Assembly (NCBI GenBank): GCA_048013815.1
Contig: CM106586.1
Location: 2,356,001-2,420,000, forward strand
Direction of reading: 5' to 3'
Origin: Setoptus koraiensis
Taxonomy: Eukaryota; Animalia; Arthropoda
DNA: 64,000 nucleotides
Made by a program: the position numbers and the translations under genes. This document shows positions 63,753 to 64,000 of the stretch, piece after piece; positions within the stretch are counted from its first letter, which is position 1; each line of letters begins with the position of its first letter. The notes beneath the pieces are model-generated. The model worked only from the letters and a program-made list of their open reading frames with translations. It made no database searches and had not been told where the DNA came from.

Positions 63753-64000
63753 TTTGCAAACTACTCGAACAGCGTGTTTGGGCAGTTATTGGGCCTCAAT
63801 CAATGCAACTGACTCCAATTATCCAGGCAATAACAGCCAATTATCATATACCTTTTATATCGATTGATTGGCAGCCTTTCTCGGTTTACCAAGGCGAAAA
63901 TTCTTCCACTTCTGCAAGTTCTCCTCGGCGCCAATCCTCAAGACAGATGGCTTATGATTCGATGATAGGATTGTCACATATGTCGGCAATACAGAATTTC
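63753..64000 (+). CDS. Ionotropic glutamate receptor exon 2 (partial, runs off the window)
   Basis: 107-bp intron with pyrimidine tract and TTGCAG| acceptor. In frame VCKLLEQRVWAVIGPQS...YHIPFISIDW matches the ATD motif CxLLxxGVxAIFGP...IPHIxxxW. Open to the window end. Confidence 0.85.

Noticed and set aside
1-64000. tRNA, rRNA, known miRNA or transposase/RT coding sequence
   Set aside because: None recognised by eye. tRNAscan-SE, Infernal/Rfam and RepeatMasker would be needed to exclude short or degenerate copies.

Overview
Eukaryotic genomic DNA, most likely from a chelicerate (mite-like: few short introns, microsatellite-rich intergenic DNA, arthropod-type genes). The taxon is an inference. 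Three conserved genes are clear: a kekkon-family LRR-Ig receptor (43596-45915, +, 2 exons), a clueless/CLUH orthologue (59217-62710, +, 2 exons) and the 5' end of a kainate-like ionotropic glutamate receptor (63405 to window end, +). Between about 20.8 and 39.4 kb lies a cluster of up to five orphan genes, four with signal-like N-termini. It includes a 356-aa spliced gene whose second exon is missing from the ORF track, a 1614-aa single-exon polyampholyte, and a 127-aa His/Lys-rich protein. Two of them share a DLxAAAS...HGHG...KKGS...WHDK signature. The left 38 kb carries eight PAR-bZIP (Vrille/Pdp1-type) consensus sites, and the first 21 kb is rich in GGGGCC/GGCCCC. 1-20 kb and 46.7-59 kb have no supportable CDS. 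There is a 500-N assembly gap at 46154-46653. I recognised no rRNA, tRNA, CRISPR array or intact transposon.
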